Shown here: one piece after another, positions 1 through 14,404 of the stretch
Layout: every line of letters begins with the position of its first letter
Position numbering within the stretch: the stretch's first letter is position 1
NCBI GenBank assembly: GCA_040954595.2
Contig: CM082580.2
Location: forward strand, 3,276,783-3,340,782
Direction: 5' to 3'
DNA length: 64,000 bases
From: Balanoglossus misakiensis
Lineage: Eukaryota > Animalia > Hemichordata
Notes under the pieces: generated by a model
What the model was told of the DNA's origin: nothing
Seen by the model: only the letters and a program-made list of their open reading frames with translations
Databases searched by the model: none
Program-made: the position numbers and the translations under genes

Positions 1-2614
1 TGAGGAATGTTACACCTGAGTACACTGGATCGAAATTTGGGAAAAGGGAATAATACCGGTACTGTCAGCAATATTTCTATTGTCCAACTAATTTTGGTGT
101 CATTCATTAATAGAATCTCACACTCCCAAGGACCTGGGATTGTATTTCGCACACAAGTTGGGGATTTTTTGTCACACACAAGCCGCAGGCAAGTGTGGGA
201 CAAAATATTGCGAATCATGCGAGAACGATGACATCACTTGCATCACGCAAAAACTATGACGTCATATTCTAGACATGTTTTGCTACATGTATATTAGCAT
301 ATTCAAATGAGTAATGTTGATGATGGAAAGGGATAATTAATCTAAGAGTATTAACCTAGAAGTAGAACACATTTAAATTCACATGACAGAATTCTAAAGA
401 GTAGTGTACAATGTAACTTTAATCTTGTACTTTATAAAGGCACATGGCACCGGTACTTAAAACAATAAAACTAAGATTAGGAAAAAGAAACAAGCACACA
501 GCAGCTGCAGAGTGCCTTTGTCTGAATAAGTTGAAGCTATGGAGAAACGAGACCTGCATGGAATATTCCACCCTGACTTGATTGAGTGTTCTTGCTTGAT
601 AGAATTAGCACTGTTAATGGGTTTCCCTGTTTAGCCGAAATTGCTTTGATTAGCGACTGCAGGCTTGTTTTTTGCTGTTTGAATTTCAATTTCAGGGCTT
701 GGCGGCAAGCAGGCAATCACTTCTCTTTATTTCGGGTTGTGGGGATAATTGGAATTTTGTTAGCATGCGACTGCAACCAACAGGGGGCTTAAGTTGCTAA
801 ATGTATGATTCATGTTTCATCAAGTTGCACTGAAATTTTCATCTAATGTTTGCTGTTGTAAGATACGTGCACTGTCAGCTTTGGTTAGATTCAATTTACT
901 GTCACAAGCCCAGGTAATTCCAAGGTATACCTGTATTGTAAAAGGACTGATTCTGCATAGTTAGAGCTATTTATCACCATACAAGTTTGAGGCAGCAAAT
1001 TTTATTTATAAAGAAATCAGACGTGAACTGAATATGCCCCACGGTTGGACTGTGATAGTTTGTATGTACAAGCCACAGTGACTGTACATTGTCGTACTCA
1101 AGTTTAATGAAACAAATTTTGGCACAGTAATTATGGACATATACCCTAAATTTTCGAAGCCCAGTTGAATATGCAATTTAAAAAGTAAGTTTATATTTAC
1201 ACTCTGGTTGAGATCAATATCTGTAAGCCTTCACTAAATTGGATCAGTAACTTTGGATTCATGTTTCTCATTTTAATATGCTCATTTAATAGGTGCACTG
1301 GCACATTTTGACAAGAAATTGTGGAAGTAATACAATCACATGTGTCAAAGATCAGCATAGATCTCTAGAGCAAGTTTCATTAAAATGTCAGTGTCAGTGC
1401 AAAATGTCTCTCAATGCACTTGTATGTGAGATCAATAAGTATAGGTTATTGCACGAGTAACGGTGCCTTACGCACGTGTATCACCACACTTTTGGTCATT
1501 AGTTTGTAAAATTCACCAAGCCAAAACTCGGCAAATTTGTGGTATATTAAGTAGGTTATCATGATTCGTAACGGTGGGTTACTCTTGATATCACCACACA
1601 TTGTATTGTATCACAACATAAAATGCATTATGTTCATCCTGGCACAATTTTTCCTTGTCAAGTTTGTGTAATTCTGGACAAGAAAAACTAGCAAAATGGC
1701 CGCACGGTAGCCATGTTGGATCATTTTACAACACAAATTAACGTAAATCATTGTTCGTTGTTGTATTAAGACCAGGGCAGAAGAGTTTCAGGCATGTCAA
1801 ATGGCTCAGAAACTTAAAAAAATTGACAGTCACATTTTGATGATAATATTAAAATAGAAAATACATACATACATGTACGTATGTACATCTTAATACCCTC
1901 AAGCTTGCATTGAAATCAATCCAGGTACAGTATGTCTGAGTGTGATGGTCAGTAACACATGGATGGACAACTAGACTAGTCCCATGTACAATGTACTTCA
2001 TCTATGGAGACTTAAAAAACTACATTGGATTTGCTTTTATAAAACTGTCACTTTCTGACTAATGAGTCCATTTTTGTGTAAATGCACAATCACCCAAACA
2101 AGTGGACTTGTTCATGATTTTCCTTAACAACATCATCACGCAAAATTAGACAGCTGGCATACGCTACATACATAGCATTTCAAATATTCCATTTTCTCCT
2201 TCAGCAATTACCTTAAGCAGTTTGTGACAACTATATAAAACACAGACCATGCTTGCTGAGTGTCAATTAAACACTTTTCATAAAGAAACACAGTGTTCGC
2301 CTGACTGCTTTACTTCAAAGAAACACACTTGACATGCAGCACGGTAAAAAGATTAAATCTGTGAATTGCATCTCAATGAGGGATGATGATACATCACTTC
2401 AAATAGCTTCTAGAGTTCATTCTGACAGCAGCTGAATTCTCCATGCAAGTCACACAGTTACAGTGATCAAGAAACTTACATTGTAAAGGACGGAAACGCA
2501 AGACATTCCTTAAAAAATAGTATGTAAATTGTTGATAATCAAAAGATAATAAACAGTGAATTCATTTTAATTTGTATTCATATAAGCCATTCGATCAGTA
2601 TATGTAGATTTTTA

Positions 2615-2648
2615 TGTGTATGTGTGTGTGTGTGTGTGCATGTGTGTG
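2615..2648. repeat. (TG)n microsatellite
   Basis: Imperfect tgtgtg run seen directly. Confidence 0.8.
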
Positions 2649-5600
2649 CATATAGTACATGTGTTTGATTGCACTGCATAAGCATCCGAGGTCAACATAT
2701 ACGTTACAATGTGAAGGCAGACCCAAGGTAACAGTGACCGTGTATGATACCAGTATATGGTTCAGAAGGTGAAGGACATGAATGCCTGTCAGTCACATTG
2801 ATGGAAAAAAAATTGTTTTAATATTAAAATGTTGTTCATTTCACGTTGGTCCCATGTAAATTGCCTACATGTGCATTTTTCAAGGAAAGGCATTTAAAAT
2901 TTTAGAGCCTTTGCTTGCGATTCAGACTTATTAAATTTCATGAAAGCTTCATTTTGGTTTTGCGATTATTTATTGTGAAACCTTTTTACATCTTCTCAAA
3001 AGTAAATGAACTCACTATTGGAATTAATACAAGTAACTACTTTTTAAAATTCTAGTCTATAGTGGTATTCACGAAAATATCATTTTTCAAGGTATTTACT
3101 CAAGATATGCTACGGATTATTATAGTATACTGCTGCTAAAATTTAGAGTATAAAAAAACTTAAAATTATTAATAAATTGATTAAAATACTGAGGGGCGCA
3201 TACTCAATGATGTCAACAATATGTTTGTTATTGTTTATGAAACTCCTTGCTGTAAGTTGCTGGTATGTAGAATACTGCTGTTCTCAGGTGTGTCCAATTA
3301 ACCTGATCATGATTGGCCGGTCACAGCTCTAAATTTGCATAAACCCAATAATAGACATGACTGACAATCATACTCCTGAGGGTTACTTCAATTATATGGT
3401 AGACAACGTACATTGCAGAACAGATAAGAACAGTGATTTTGCAGGCTTGCAGTGTTGCTGAATGAAGGGGGAAATAAAAGTTTGTTACATCAATACATGT
3501 ACTGTAAAACATGTTATTTTCGCGAGCAATAAATTTTCGCGAAATAAAATGGCGTGAAAGTAAAAGCGCAAATGTCCCGGTCAGAAGGTAACTACGAGCT
3601 CCGTAGAGCAGCGTTCGACACGCTAAACAACTCTCGTCGTCCATGTTCGAGTCAACACGTCTCCCTCAACACGCACGTACTTCAACTGCGCAATTGGGAT
3701 GGGGGGCGCCTCTTTTTCTACTAAATTGTGACGTTGTTACAATTTTAGAGATAACGTGTCGGCGGAATCAAAGAAATACGATGTTGCTAGTTTGCCGTTT
3801 GTTGCTAGTATTTCGAATTTCATAGTACATGTAGATGCATAGGGAGAAAACCCTACAAAATATAGCCCAATCAATTCAATCAAAAACATCATTATCCACT
3901 GATTTAATAATAGACGGCTATATGAGCAACAAGATACTATGATGTGAATGCCAATAAATGTGTATGGCTTCTGCATTTAGAATTCAACTGTATAACAGTT
4001 ACTGTAAACAAATTTCAAGGAGATTTCTGAAGGCCTTCTTTCTAATTGAGTCTCAATGTACCCTAGAGACATCAAACTCGTAAAATGACTTTCTATAAAA
4101 GTAAATGCTGATATCATTAAAACTGATGGCCACATATGTAATTTCCCTCAATTTACGTAATTTTATTTCAAAGATTCAGATTTTATGGTAAACTTATGTG
4201 TCATTTAATACGTTGGGTCAAAACTGCAAAAGTTACATTGATTATTCAAACAGAAAATCGAAGTTTAATATGAAACTGCCACATTTTGAAAGAACATTAA
4301 AATCTCTACAGAGAAAAGAGCTGCCAACACCAGATGAAGTACATGTAATACACAAATTAAAAAAAAAGTTAAAAAATTGGTAATTTGCACCAAAGACAAT
4401 AAAAATTCAAGAAACATTTTTATTTAACAGATTGATTTTTATTTAACAGTTTGAATCTTTACTCTGCAAGTGTCTAAAACTGTATTAAAATGAGTAAATT
4501 CCATATCATTCCTGATCTGTTAGAAAAATGGAAAATACATATTCACCAATCTCATTCAACATGACTGACCGATTGCGGCACATTTAAAGAACGATGAACA
4601 AATGCAGTCACGTTAGTTTTTCTAAAATCAATTCACAATTTTCTCTTTCAACTGAGGACAGATTTGCCTGTATTTGGTCTAAATCAAGGAGCCAGACAAT
4701 TTTTTCCCAGTTCTGCGAAACTTGTAATTGCTACATTTAACATAATTTAATAATTGAATATGAATCCACAATGATAAAATTAAACATTAATTCATTTACA
4801 TGAAGAACAGAGAATCTTAGGTATTTCAGAGAATGTGCCTAAATAAAGTGGAGAGTAAACATAGCGTTGATTTATTTCTAACTCTGTGTTCTTTTAATGC
4901 AGCTCTTTTTAGTATACAGAACCCATAAACCCCTCTAAATTGATTGATTTAACAAAATACTTTCCCATTAAAGGAGTCTGTCGATTAGATCTATGGTACC
5001 ATTAACAATTAAGTTTTATTTTCAGTCTGCAATCCACTGTCAGGTCACCTTATAGTCTGAGCAGGACGAAAATAGTACATGACTAGGAAAATAAGTCTGC
5101 AATACAATGTCTGAGATAACTACTTTTCTTAAAGCTGCAGTTATTTTAATGCATATAAGCATCACATACCAGTCAACATCTTCATATCAAGCAGCCTTTA
5201 TGTGGTTGCCTCTAGCAACTCCAGTCATTGATTGATACATGTACTTCGACATACATGCACCCCTTAGTAAGTATACTTAATTAATTTCCATAGCTTGCAA
5301 GTAAAAAAATCCAAAAATTTCGCAGACAATGAGATTCTACCAATTACATAGTTACACAGATGTTCAGATTTGATTGCTAAGAATCAGAATATGACGTAAC
5401 TCCATGACCTCTGCACCTCAACTCTGCTTTAATAGAAGTTATTTTCATGAATGATGTGGTATGGTGATATCCTGCAGAAGCACTTTCAGGAGCACAGTGA
5501 CTAAAATTACAGCACAACAGTCAACACAGAACATGTACATTATGCCATTTGCAGATTAATAAGAACAGACTGAAATTCTCTCTTATAAATTTTAGCCTAC

Positions 5601-5664
5601 TCTATGATTGAATATCAAGCTTCCATTTCATATTTATATACTGTACCATTGTTAGCATCACATC

Positions 5665-5960
5665 ACTAATAGAATCTCACACTCCCTGAGATTCTATTTC
5701 TCACACAGTCACAAATTAGCCAAATGCGTTAAAAAACATTGAATAAATGACTCTGGCACTGCCGTCTGGCACGTCGCGCTGTAGCCTATGTCCCTATAAT
5801 ACACATCACGCCATTGGATTACATTTAGCAAAAGAACGCTTTGTCAACCAATCAGCACTCACGTCATATGCAGCTTTCGAGTCAGTGAGAGTGTGGGATC
5901 GATTTGTTTTCACACTCTGATCCCACACTCCCAGCGTGCCAGGAGTGTGAGAATAAGAAA
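5665..5960. repeat. Interspersed repeat fragment, related copy at ~105-210
   Basis: taatagaatctcacactccc occurs at ~107 and ~5667, followed by similar sequence; the 5665 copy ends in a partly inverted ggagtgtgagaat. Confidence 0.45.
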
Positions 5961-8661
5961 ATCTTCCACAGACTCAATAGTTCAATTATCGAAAGCTACT
6001 CTACTTTTATACCTCATACAGTTATAATACATGAAGAATGGGTTTCATGTCGAAAACATGTACAATGTCAAGCCATTAACTGGCTTACTCAGGACTCTGA
6101 TCAATAACGTACATGTGGGCAGAATACAGGTTTGCTTCCTACTAATTATTCCAAAGATTTCTTGGATAAACATTTAAAGAGCTTTGTAAAGAATGACCCA
6201 AAACAAGGCTGGTTGCAGGTACTGGGTCCCATATCACAATTATCACACAGTTGCTGGGTGTATAGTGTAACTACTTCAATTTACATCAAATGTTACAAAA
6301 ATATGCTTAAAAGAACAGTCTCACTGGTAGCTATTTTTAACAAGTACACATTTTAGCTGTCTGCCTTACTAAATTATTTATGTCTATGATATACAGATGT
6401 GTACTGATTGTGAATGCTTACAGAAATCATACAAGCTATTAGTATGTTCATGGGGTTTCCGTGTATTGTGAATAGACATTCCCCAAGTCATTTTCACTTT
6501 CCTTGATAAACATCTTAGTCTTTTAATTACTAGCAGGTGTACATTAATTTCTCATAAATTGCATTTATTTCAGTTATATATTAAAATGACTGATGACTTA
6601 TTTATAGTTATATGGGATATTTGTAGTTGTAATGGGACCCAACATTTATAGTAAATTGTTATGGCATATTTACATGTAGAGATGCTACAGGATTCACAAT
6701 GCAATGTAATGATACTTCAGAGTCAGATAGGTACAGCCTTATGGCAATTTTTAGTACAATGGCATTAATGGAATATTATAAGACAAAAACATTCATCTAC
6801 CATAACTGTAACCAGTTGGTCAACAGTGATGCAATGAACATCTGTTATGTTCTATTAATATGCAATTGGGCATTACCTACCAGGTATGCTTGTAATTTCA
6901 ACTCTTTCTGACAATTCACTGCATGGTACATACATCATCCCTTGTGTCAATGAGTGACAGACATCATACATGTACAATGTCAAAATGACAGGCATTGAAA
7001 ACTTCACCCAATCAAAGTACCTATCTGTCTATCATCTGTCTATGTATCTATCTGTCTGTCCGTCTCGTAGATCTATCTATTGATCAATCGATCAATCAAT
7101 GGATGGACTGAAAAAAAATTGTTCAGTTAGCTGAGGTGTTCAGTTAATAGATTCATTCAAAACACATGGTTCTATGTGAAAGGGACTAGAATATTTGTTC
7201 GGTATAGACAGGTTTCCAGATTAGATAATTACATACTACAGATCTAAGATTATGGTGCCAACTGATCCAATAAGCTCCCCCTCGTATGACACAACCTCAC
7301 AGTGGAATAAACAATGACGTCAACTTCAACCAGACATTTCATTGTGCACATGAACAATATTACACATACTTTGATGATGATGAGATCACATCTGAGTTCA
7401 GGTATTGCTTGCACAGAATGGAAAGGACTATATATTCTCATTTCACCCTTATTGATCCCATGCCCCATTGAATTTCTCATGCAGACAAGATGATGGATAT
7501 GCTGAAAATCATTCAAAAGTTTAAAGCTCCCATGTTTCCAATCTTATTACTTTTGTCTTCAGGCTAACTTTATGTAAATTGTATGTAAATGAATGATGCA
7601 GTGAAAACACTTCATCTGTGCAAATTAATCAAAGTGATATCTGTACGTTTCATAAGCTAAATATAACAACTACTGTATGCATTTTATATCTAGGTTTATA
7701 CACAAAATACAACTCTGTAGGACGAGGCCTCGGTGAATGACGGCTTATGTTGGGTCACATAAAGGTCACAGCAAGTTACAGTATTTGTGACATGATTCCA
7801 CTTTTATGTATAAAATAAATAATTGTGATACAACTTGTACAAAATGAAACCTTTCACTAAGATTCAAACATTGTTCTGAGATGCCTGGAATAAGCACAGA
7901 TGCAACTTTTTAAGGTTTTGCCAGGCAAATTCTCGAGCTTCAGTACAGTGTCCTATAAACGCTGACAGTGACAGTATTATTTGGTTTGTTCCATATGTTC
8001 CCATGTTTTTTCACTATAGAATCATTGACCGGTACATCCCATTGAATGAAACCGGAAGGAATCGATGAGAAAAACAAAAAGGCCACGTAGCATTAAATCG
8101 ATCGCGACTGCAGTGTTCTAGTGGAATATAAATAATTAATGTTCGTATGCTGGAGAGTATTTTTGTTTGTTTACAATTCAGTATCCATTTGTCGGGTGCA
8201 TATACATATAGAGTTTTAAAAAAAGGGCATCGATGAATTCGTACGACGGCGATTCAGTAAAATTCCACACGTAAGTTAAGCCACGTACCAGTCCACCACT
8301 GAAATAATGCATTTTACAATCAAATCTCTATGGAAACAGTGCAAGTGCACTTGGTTATTGCTGCAGGCTACGTCCCTCACATACCTCCGTTGTTCTGATG
8401 TCGAAAAACATTTCGTCAATTTCATTCTATTCCTCTAAACAATTTAAACTCTTCCTCTTTTGGAGTGCATAAAAAAAAAATTATATAAAACGAGAATCAG
8501 ATCAAAACTGCGAGTCAGTGATTTTAATGGTTTGGTGTTTTTCGTCTCCACTGGTCCCAACCGTGATGTCTGGTATAAAAACCGTGCTATGGCTGAATCG
8601 CCAATAATTAATTGCACCAACATCCCCGAATTCGCTCAAACAACATAAGGTGTACACTTAC

Positions 8662-8820
8662 TATTTTATGATGAAGTGCCTGTAGTTCTTTCTCTGTGAT
8701 TTTCCTGTGGTCCTTTACACTCCGCTCCTGTTTCTCTTGGCGATACTGGTTGTAGCGGTAGACCAGGTAGAGCCCTGGGATTGCGAATAACACCAATGGC
8801 TTCATCAATTTCGAGCTCAT
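8662..8820 (-). CDS. First coding exon (53 aa) of a small protein with an N-terminal hydrophobic anchor and charged helix; later exons not located
   Basis: MSSKLMKPLVLFAIPGLYLVYRYNQYRQEKQ...KITEKELQALHHKI followed by a phase-0 GTAAGT donor (8661-8656). From memory it resembles conserved invertebrate small TM plus C-terminal RING proteins (not verified). Confidence 0.7.
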
Positions 8821-8974
8821 AACAACATTAACACATCAGAGAGAATTGTCCTTCGGTTACCATCGGTCTGCTTATTATACAACGGTAGAATTTTACTTGG
8901 GCGATGATGGTTGGTAGCGATCGATCTCCTCCAAGCTGGCTGCTCTGATCACACTCAATGCAACTCGGTCTGTA

Positions 8975-9050
8975 TTTACGGAAGTGCTGTGCACACACGT
9001 ATGTGCAGTTCTCGCCGATGCAAAATCTCGTTTGAACTATCGCGAGATCT
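8975..9050. promoter_or_regulatory. Possible promoter of the 8820 gene
   Basis: CpG-richer patch just upstream of the ATG with an ETS-like CGGAAGTG (8979-8986) and a TATCGCGAGA palindrome-like motif near 9038. Confidence 0.3.
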
Positions 9051-9969
9051 AGATTAAGCTTTCGATCGAATCAACAGGTGGCTAGGTATACTAGTATATT
9101 ACCAACGTTTGAGTGGCTAATTTTTCTTATTTTATATTGATGTGTGATGAATAGCCCCATGTGTATCCTCAGAAGTCACATTTTGATAATCAATGAATGT
9201 AAAAAGATCGTGATCAGCTCCTTAGTCTGTCGTAGCGGAATTTTAAACCATCAGTGCCAAAGGCAGGCGATACGATCGCTTCGGGATGGTCGCGATGGGG
9301 CTGTGTCGTGAATTATTTTATCCGCCTGCTATGTAGTTGTTTTGTTGTTGTTTTATTGGGGGATTCCTAAAAATATTTCAACAACTCATGGTGTCACACG
9401 ATCAATGCTTTTTTTTTCAAATGTTGTTTAGAATAAAAGGCATTGATATCACAATGCCCCGGTCCCGGGGCATTATGAGCACATAAAACTTTTGAATGGA
9501 AATTGTTTCCTAATTCTGTGTATCTTCTCCATCCTAACAATCGCTGTGTTGAGTGACTGTGTACAATCATGGCTCCATGGTACAAATGTAAAGGCAAAGT
9601 GGTCATGTCAGGGCCAGAAATGTTTCAACGAAAAGGCGCCCTCAAGTGTCGTTTTGCTGCAGGAGTGGAAGTGAAATTTTTTTTGCGCCTACGGCTTATA
9701 GGCCTACAGAGTTTCTGATATTGCAAAACACACCTGGTCAGCTAAACTGGTTGAAAACCAAAGCTTACCGACTTTCAAACTTTGCGAAATCTTTAATCAC
9801 CACAACTAGTACAAACAATTCATGTTGATCTTTTATATGTTTTAACTTTTTTTCACTGCAAAATTAAACCTGAGTAATCGATTAATAGAGAATGTTACTG
9901 TATTGTCTGTTTTATAATTACTGCATATGGGCGGTGGCCTTGAAAAATAGTAATAAAGTATTGTTGTTA

Positions 9970-10404
9970 CAGCCGAAATTATGAAAGGTCGCCGATTCAA
10001 TATGTGATCTAGACGTCCTGTGTGCACTGAACACACGATGTGTTTATCTAACACAAACAACAGAACCTCTCATAAAAGAGATGCGGTATCATTAGACTAA
10101 TTACAGATGGTAGTCTGGAAACACGCTCCCCCTCAGAGAGAGTTGTTTACTTGGGTACACTCTCAACATAAAGCGTATACACTTTGAGATTAAACTTTGA
10201 CATCCGTGTTACAAGAGAATAAAGTTTCAAATACATGACCATGGGGGGCGTGTTTCCAGACTACCATCTGTAATTAGTCTAATGATACCGCATCTCATTT
10301 ATGAGAGGTTCTGTTGTTTGTGTTAGATAAACACATCGTGTGTTCAGTGCACACAGGACGTCTAGATCACATATTGAATCGGCGACCTTTCATAATTTCG
10401 GCTG
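9970..10404. mobile_element. Tc1/mariner-type MITE with ~160 bp TIRs
   Basis: Near-perfect inverted repeats (9970-~10131 vs ~10243-10404), CAGCCG...CGGCTG termini, TA on both flanks. Confidence 0.9.
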
Positions 10405-11208
10405 TATATGCGGATCAGTAGTCTGGCCTATGGAAATCCGACTTGTTCAGCGGGGCTGATGTAGGCCTAACCCTCTCACGAGTGACAAAAAGTGGAGAGA
10501 GTAATAATGTCGTACACGAGTACGAGCGCTTTTTTTTCCTCAAGTTATGTGGGCTAGTTGCTGGCATGGGCCCGGAATTCAGTAAAATCTTAACACTCCA
10601 TAGGCCATACGTTTAAAACAATTTGCTCGGTCCAATGAGTTTATGTCGAAATGGAAATACTATTCTTAAAATAATTTTCTTAACGTGTTTCACAAACGGG
10701 CCAAACGCTAAAACCGTTTATCTAAAAACAGGAACGATGACAAATTTTGTTTCTTTGTAACGAGAGTGATGGAACACTTCGATGATTTCTATCTGCCCGG
10801 ATTCTCAGAAGAAACGTCACCAAAGGAGGGCGCACTATGTCCTGCATACAGAAAAAATAACCAGTTCTGGACGAGAGTAAAGTGGAAAGTGGGTGGATAT
10901 TATGGTCATCAAAATATAAATAAAATGTGGCATGACCATTTTGCTGGCCCTTTGTCTTTTGTTAATGACAATTTTAATGAAACTCGTGTTATCCCCATTG
11001 TCATAGGTTAAACTGGTGATGTAACATTTGTTGGGAATTATCGCCCTATGCCATTTCTAAACTTTATGAAACTTTGCGGCTTCATAGATGCGAAAATGTC
11101 TTGGAACGAGTGACCACCAATTTGGCTTCAAAACTGGCCGTTCAACTGACGTGCGTTTTTTTTTATTCTGAAACGTCACAGCAGCCCGGTTTTCTTTTGA
11201 CGACAGCT

Positions 11209-11337
11209 GTCAGGATGGCCGAGCGGTCTAAGGCGCCAGACTCAAGGTTCACACCTTCCCATTGTATCGATGGGTCACGACGAAAAGAGCGTTCTGGTCT
11301 CCGAATGGAGGCGTGGGTTCGAATCCCACTTCTGACA
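11209..11337 (+). tRNA. tRNA-Leu-CAA: tRNA-Leu(CAA) with 45-nt intron (11247-11291)
   Basis: GTCAGGATGGCCGAGCGGTCTAAGGCGCCAGACT-CAA-G | intron | TTCTGGTCTCCGAATGGAGGCGTGGGTTCGAATCCCACTTCTGACA. Canonical A and B boxes, long variable arm, intron after position 37. Confidence 0.97.
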
Positions 11338-11347
11338 TTTATTTTTT
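11338..11347 (+). terminator. Pol III terminator
   Basis: tttatttttt immediately after the tRNA discriminator base. Confidence 0.8.
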
Positions 11348-12950
11348 GCGTTGTTCAACAACACTATAGAGATTTCAAATGTTACCCGTCCAACATCGCT
11401 TCTTTTTACAGTTGGATTACAAATATGGTTGTATCTGGCTGTAATTACTGTTCATTTTTCAACAGAGACCATTGTATATTAAAACAGGGTGGTTGGTCTA
11501 CCCACAGACAAACACCAACAGTTTGTGTTATTGGGGACATTTTTGCAAATTTTGTCGAAAATATTTTTCTCTGAAAGCGCTTGTCAGATTGCTTTGAACT
11601 TTGGCAGGCATGTTCCTTGTGGTGATTGAAGTAAGATATTGTATAAATTCATGATTATGGTAATATTTGCAAATTTGTGTTTTTGCCACTTTTGAACAAA
11701 TATTGTTTTCTGTGAAACTGCTTGTTGGATTGCTATTTGGGATTAATATTTTTTTTTCTATTGTATAAAATGCAACTTCAAAGCCCATCCCATATATGAA
11801 TGGTCAACACACACAAACAAAAGTATATTTATCATAAAAACTGTTCATTCGGCACGTCCTTGGTGCAAGAAAAACAAGCGAGATCACGCCATGTTGGACA
11901 AAAAGTGCTGGATTGCGTCAGTGGAAGGAGGGGGGCTTGGGGGGAATTGAACCTGCACATTATAGTTAGGAGCTAGATCGATTAACCATTATCGTACAAG
12001 CAAAGTATCACAGTTACCAACGTAAAAGTCTCCCTTTTGTTCAAGTCAAACCTCTCCTGTTTTCAAATTGTCACGATCGCCCTCTTGCAATAGCCATCAA
12101 AATTATTTGGTTTCAAGTCAAAGGGCTGGGTGTAAACACAATATTTACTGCTTTAGGGCATTCTTATTGGAACCATTGCAGTTCATGTTTGCATTATGGA
12201 CAAAAAGTTTGTGAACTTTTTTTTGTCTGAAAGAAGAATAAATTGCAGTAATAAATGTACCAGGAAATTTTTCAATGATGTGCATTGTAGCAGTTAAAAT
12301 TTTCACCAACTTTTATCGTTCACAACTGTGTCATATGAGACACTTTAATAAAACCCACACTTGAATTTAAATTACCCAGTTGCAGTTTCTTCCATCTTTC
12401 ATTTGCAATAAACTTTTTTAATCAGAGAATTCGTGTGTTGTCTCATTAACTGAGATTTGTGTTAGATTTCAATCAGTATGAGTCAAGCTTTTTAATTTAC
12501 ATCTGAGAATGTGTTTATTTTTTATGAGCAATGCCTTTATGGACTTCAATACACAACAGAATGTGTGGATGAGTACACGTACGTACAGCAAAGTACAAAA
12601 ATACATACAATTTCATTATTGTTGTCTTGGAATGCTGATGAATGTTACAGTACCTAAGTGGAAATTTACAAGAACATGCTCACTTAAACGAAGACGATAT
12701 ATTTTCACCCTTTCACCCCCCAGTTCCCTCTTTGCAGGTCCAACCTCCCCATAGAAAACAACGGATTTGGACTGAACCATATTGAAGAATGGGTTAATAC
12801 TACCAGGTTTGTAAATTTCTAACCTTTCCCCCTAAACATCAAACACAAATATATTCTGGCATTCATGACAAATAAACTACTAGTTGTCAGTCAATAATAT
12901 TAACTGAAAAAAAAGTTACAACCTGTTTTACATTACAAGTACTAATTTAA

Positions 12951-13302
12951 AGGGACAAAGTCTCTCTCTCGCTGCCCTTCTTTCCAATTAATTATATTTG
13001 ATACAAAACACCGTTTGTTATTCTACATGTGGATATATAGTGAATGAACGTTCAACCACACACAACTTTCATCCCTCTTATAGACAGGAGAGTGAAAAAA
13101 CTCGCCAAAATGAATAATCGTTATTTACCATTTATTCATTTGGGGCGAGTTTTTACTCTCATAGATATCATACAAGTGGGATGGAAGTTTTGTGTGGTGT
13201 ATCATTGATTCACTATATATCCACATTTACATTAACATAAATGGTGTCTTGTATCAAACATAATTAATGGAAAAGGGGCAGCTGGAGAGAGACTTTGTCC
13301 CT
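12951..13302. mobile_element. Kolobok/T2-type palindromic MITE
   Basis: TTAA on both flanks, AGGGACAAAGTC...GACTTTGTCCCT termini, whole element an imperfect fold-back. A related half copy lies near 22447-22530. Confidence 0.8.
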
Positions 13303-13349
13303 TTAATGTCAATAATGATAATACATGTAACACAAAAATGTAACAGGCA

Positions 13350-13530
13350 CTCAAATTCATTTGAAAACAATACATGTGTTTCTGTAGAGTGTCGCTATGG
13401 GTGAAACGTTTGCCACAGTCTTTGCATTCAAATAGTTGTTCATTTGCTCTGTCGAACATTTCACCAAATGTGTTGATCTCTTCAGGAGATCAATCATCAT
13501 GGATGAAACATTCTAGCTGTTTGCGGAATC
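13350..13530 (-). pseudogene. Degenerate C2H2 zinc-finger exon, divergent from the plus-strand ZnF gene
   Basis: Acceptor ttacag at 13531, then FECKDCGKRFTHSDTLQKHM (one finger, second His missing) with an in-frame TGA at 13490-13492. A possible upstream exon lies at ~13945-14033. Confidence 0.55.
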
Positions 13531-14404
13531 CTGTAATTAAAAAGTACAAGGTCACCTATGCAAATTAAGCCACAGTTGCCATGGAAAGGAGTAATGTATG
13601 TAGCCAATCACAGACTTTTGTAGAGTGACTTAGATATGTACTTTCAACCATATATGGACAATGTAAATTAAAGGTGATTGTATACATGTAATGGGAAAAA
13701 TTGAAATATATCGTTTTCTTAACACTTTCCCTACAAATCTCTCAGCAGTGAGCACGTTCAGGATAACAACCATTATTGCTATTTCAGAATTTAAAAATAT
13801 GCCTTGTCAAACTACATTCCTCTGGCATTCACAACTTGCATATGGACAACTAATTTCTGGGCTTTTTCGACCTGGTTGGATAGCTTGCGACTCCTTCTGT
13901 CGCGTGTTTATTTTGGCAGGGCCCAGCTAAGTACATGTACTTACCCCCGCGAGACTGTACCCGAACCGCTGGTTTCAGAAGCGGAGATAGAGCCCACGCT
14001 TATGTCGTTGACATTCTTAGAGTGTGTAGCGCCCTACATAGCAATTGGAAAAGTTGAGAACACATCCCATCCAAACAAGAGGTTCAATTCATAGGTAGAG
14101 GTCTGGTCGTAACGCAGTACACAGAGAAACAACAGTAATAAGTCAATTTGAGTCAGATTCGGAATCAGATTCAGAGCACCGGAAGTTTGGTTCGGATGCG
14201 CATAATACATCGCATTTAATGCATTAATTTTGTAGTTATAGGCACTCTTTCCTGGTATTGATGGAATAATGGCATTCCTTTACCCAAAAATGTTCGTGGA
14301 CTACAATTTTTTTGGTCAATTCGCCGAGGATTCCTTTGCGCATCTAATGAGCAGAAGAGTAGAACACGAGCTCGAATCTGAATCTGACCTCAATTGACAG
14401 GACA

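Noticed and set aside
11074-11574. 166-aa ORF
   Set aside because: Runs through the tRNA gene; no protein features.
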